Notes under the pieces: generated by a model | Database searches by the model: none | The model's input: the letters and a program-made list of their open reading frames with translations, nothing else | What the model was told of the DNA's origin: nothing | NCBI RefSeq assembly: GCF_963506605.1 | Contig: NC_083288.1 | Location: 53,258,001-53,322,000, forward strand | DNA from: Zootoca vivipara | Lineage: Eukaryota | Reading direction: 5' to 3' | DNA: 64,000 nt | Program-made: the position numbers and the translations under genes | Shown here: positions 61,677-64,000 of the stretch, piece by piece | How the letters are laid out: the number at the start of each line of letters is the position of its first letter | How positions within the stretch are numbered: position 1 is the stretch's first letter

Positions 61677-64000
61677 GTCTAATCCAACCCCTTGCAATGC
61701 AGGAATGTAAGTAAATAAAGGTGTGTTTGGGCCTACATAAGCCGAGAACACCCCTTGGGTTCCCCTCAACCCTTTCCAGGAGGGGACGGCAGGGGCCCTC
61801 TTGACCCACCTCTAATGAACAACGGATGCTTGACTTTAGAGTCCTGCCTTGAAGGGGGTTGGGCTAGATGACCCTCAGGGGTCCCTTCCAACTCGACAGT
61901 TCTACGCTCTCATGGAGTCTAAGCAATCAGTGCTGCCTCTGTGTTTCAAAAAAACAGTGCCAGAAGAAAGTCTTGCAGGAGCACTTGGTGCCAAGTGCTG
62001 GATTACCGGTAATAATAATATATATTATTAATTTATTATTATTATGGATTTCTCTGCAGAGGTGCCGGGGCTCAGCTCTGCCGTGATGAGGAAGACAAAA
62101 GGGCTGCCATTGCGAGGGGGCGCTTCCCCAGTCCCTCACAAACGGGGGCTGGGTGCGATGGCTCAGTGGTGAGGGGAAAGGCACTCTGCGTGCGCTCAGG
62201 GGCCCCAGCAACTCCTTCCTGCGTTCTGGGTCTCTTGCTTGCTCCCAACCATCTTCTTCCCACTTTCTGCTGTCAGGGGCTTAAAGGCGGCTGCTTCTTC
62301 CCTCCCTCCACCCACCCAAAATGTGGCTCCCCTCCACATTTTGCAAGTCCTCACCCCGGTCCAGAGTCAGGCTGCAACGGAATGATACTCTTGGCGTGCT
62401 CAGAGGAACTCCCGCCGCAATTACCCCTTCCTCGGTTGTGGCTGAGGCCTGCCATTTAGCCCCCCCTACCCCCCAGGACCCCCTCCCTGGGCCCTCCTTG
62501 CACCCTGAGCTCAGCGCCCAAGCTCTGCGGTGGGACTCAGGAAATCCTCTATTTTGCTGCCCTAGTGCAAACTGGAGGCAGGAGCAAGGAGGGAAGAGGA
62601 CGGGGGGCAGGAAATCTTGGGGGGGGGGGGTTGAGCTGGGAGATGTGGCCCCAGGGCCCTTCCCTGGGGTCAGGGTGAGGCAGCTGGGTGTTCAAAAAAG
62701 GGGGATCCCTTTAAATAGGGGGCCTCCCACGCCTCCTTCCTTCCCTCCTGGCCCTGCCCAGCCAGCCTAGACCCCCCCTCAGGAGACCCAAAAGTGTGCC
62801 CCCCAAGCCCGCACTGCAGTGTTAGTGTGGCCCCCCAGGGCCGAGGGAAGGGGTCTGCCTCTCTCTCTCTCTCTTTTTTTTTACCTGAGTCTGGGGAAGC
62901 TGTGCACGAAGGACCTCGCAGCCCAGGGACCCCGATTTTGTGGGGAAACCTCACCCTTTATCTGCCACACGCAGAAGAACAGCTGATTCCCCACTTCCTG
63001 CCTTGCCCGGGGGGGGGGAGGGGGAGAAACCAAGGCCTGGCTGGGGGGGGGGGCGTTGGGTGGGGCAGGGGACCCTGGTGACGGAGAGGACGACCCATGA
63101 CCTCTTCCTGGGCCCAGCCCAGCCCTCTTATCATCCACCTTTGCTTGGGCTCTATCTCGAAGAAGCTGGAAAGAAGCAGGTGACGCAAGGGAGAAGAAAG
63201 GACTCGGAGGCGGGGGGAACGGTTTATTGTAGCTGCTCTGATTCGGAAGGCAGAGATAGAGACAGAGGGCAAAGGTGCTCCTCTCGCTTCTAGGCAGGAA
63301 ATGCACCTAAAGAATCACAAAAATCATCATGTTGGGACCTCCGGGGGTCATCCAGCCCAACCCCCTGCAATGCAGGAATCTCAGCTAAAAATATATAGAT
63401 ATATCACGGGATCGTAGAGGGGGAGGTCGGTGGGGGAGCCGCACGAGCAGGAAGCCAGCGAGGGATCAGTGGTAGGTTTCCTAGAAGGGAAAGACAAAAA
63501 CAAGGCAGAGCGTGAATGTGGGGTGGAGGAAGGGGCTCTTTTGTGGGGAGGAGGAGGGCAGGCCTCCCCCCCCCACTCTTCCCTTGCCAACGCTGGCTTT
63601 GCAGACTGGGCCCAGTCCAGCTCAGCGGCACAGGCCCAGAGGGGTGGGGGGCTGGCTGTCCCTTCGAAGGACCGCAGGGGCACCCCACTCTAGCTGGCCA
63701 ATGGGGGCTCAAGCCACAGCTACGGGTCTTAGAATTGCGGAGATGGCAGGTACCCCCAAGGGTCATCTAGACCAACCCCCCTGAAAGGCAGGAATCGCGG
63801 ACTCTACCCCACCCTCATTTTAGGCTCTCCATCTCGCCGCTGGGACATGTTTGCTTCTGGTTAGGGCAGCAGCAGGAGTTGGAAGCAAGGAGGGCACCCA
63901 GGAAGACCCCCAGGAAAGAACGAGTCCCCCCCCCAGACATGCCCCATTGCTGCCTCCTCCTCCAGAGAAAGGGGGCTGCAGGAGGTGCTTGTGCGTCTCC

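Noticed and set aside
60200-64000. GLTPD2 or VMO1 exons expected from human synteny
   Set aside because: No ORF or exon with GLTP-fold or VMO1 motifs was recognised; they may lie beyond the window.

Overview
GC-rich vertebrate genomic DNA. The repeat content (CR1, L2, tRNA-derived SINEs, hAT MITEs, Penelope, Helitron, Gypsy) indicates a squamate reptile, probably a lacertid lizard (inference). The window is the orthologue of the human 17p13 PSMB6-C17orf114-PLD2-MINK1 block. Exons were reconstructed by hand from GT/AG sites and reading phase. Contents: (1) MINK1 coding exon 1 (-) plus about 13.4 kb of its intron 1. (2) A complete 24-coding-exon PLD2 (-, 931 aa, both HKD motifs intact). (3) A small spliced gene that the ORF track misses, the C17orf114 orthologue (+, about 86 aa), head-to-head with PLD2. 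(4) A complete 6-exon PSMB6 (-, 228 aa). (5) A 4-exon TMEM272-like multi-pass membrane gene (-, 180 aa) that I do not know from the human locus. A 5'-truncated Ty3/Gypsy element with an intact 3' LTR lies between the MINK1 promoter and the PLD2 3' end. Best leads: the C17orf114 microprotein carries an acylation-type/polybasic N-terminus and a canonical PP1-docking RVxF motif; CR1-tail repeats abut constitutive PLD2 splice sites; a Helitron carries a CTCF motif; a palindromic hAT MITE carries mirrored NRF1/ETS motifs; and different tRNA heads are fused to one CR1 tail. No CRISPR, rRNA or intact tRNA genes were seen. Gene identities rest on recalled protein sequences, not database searches.
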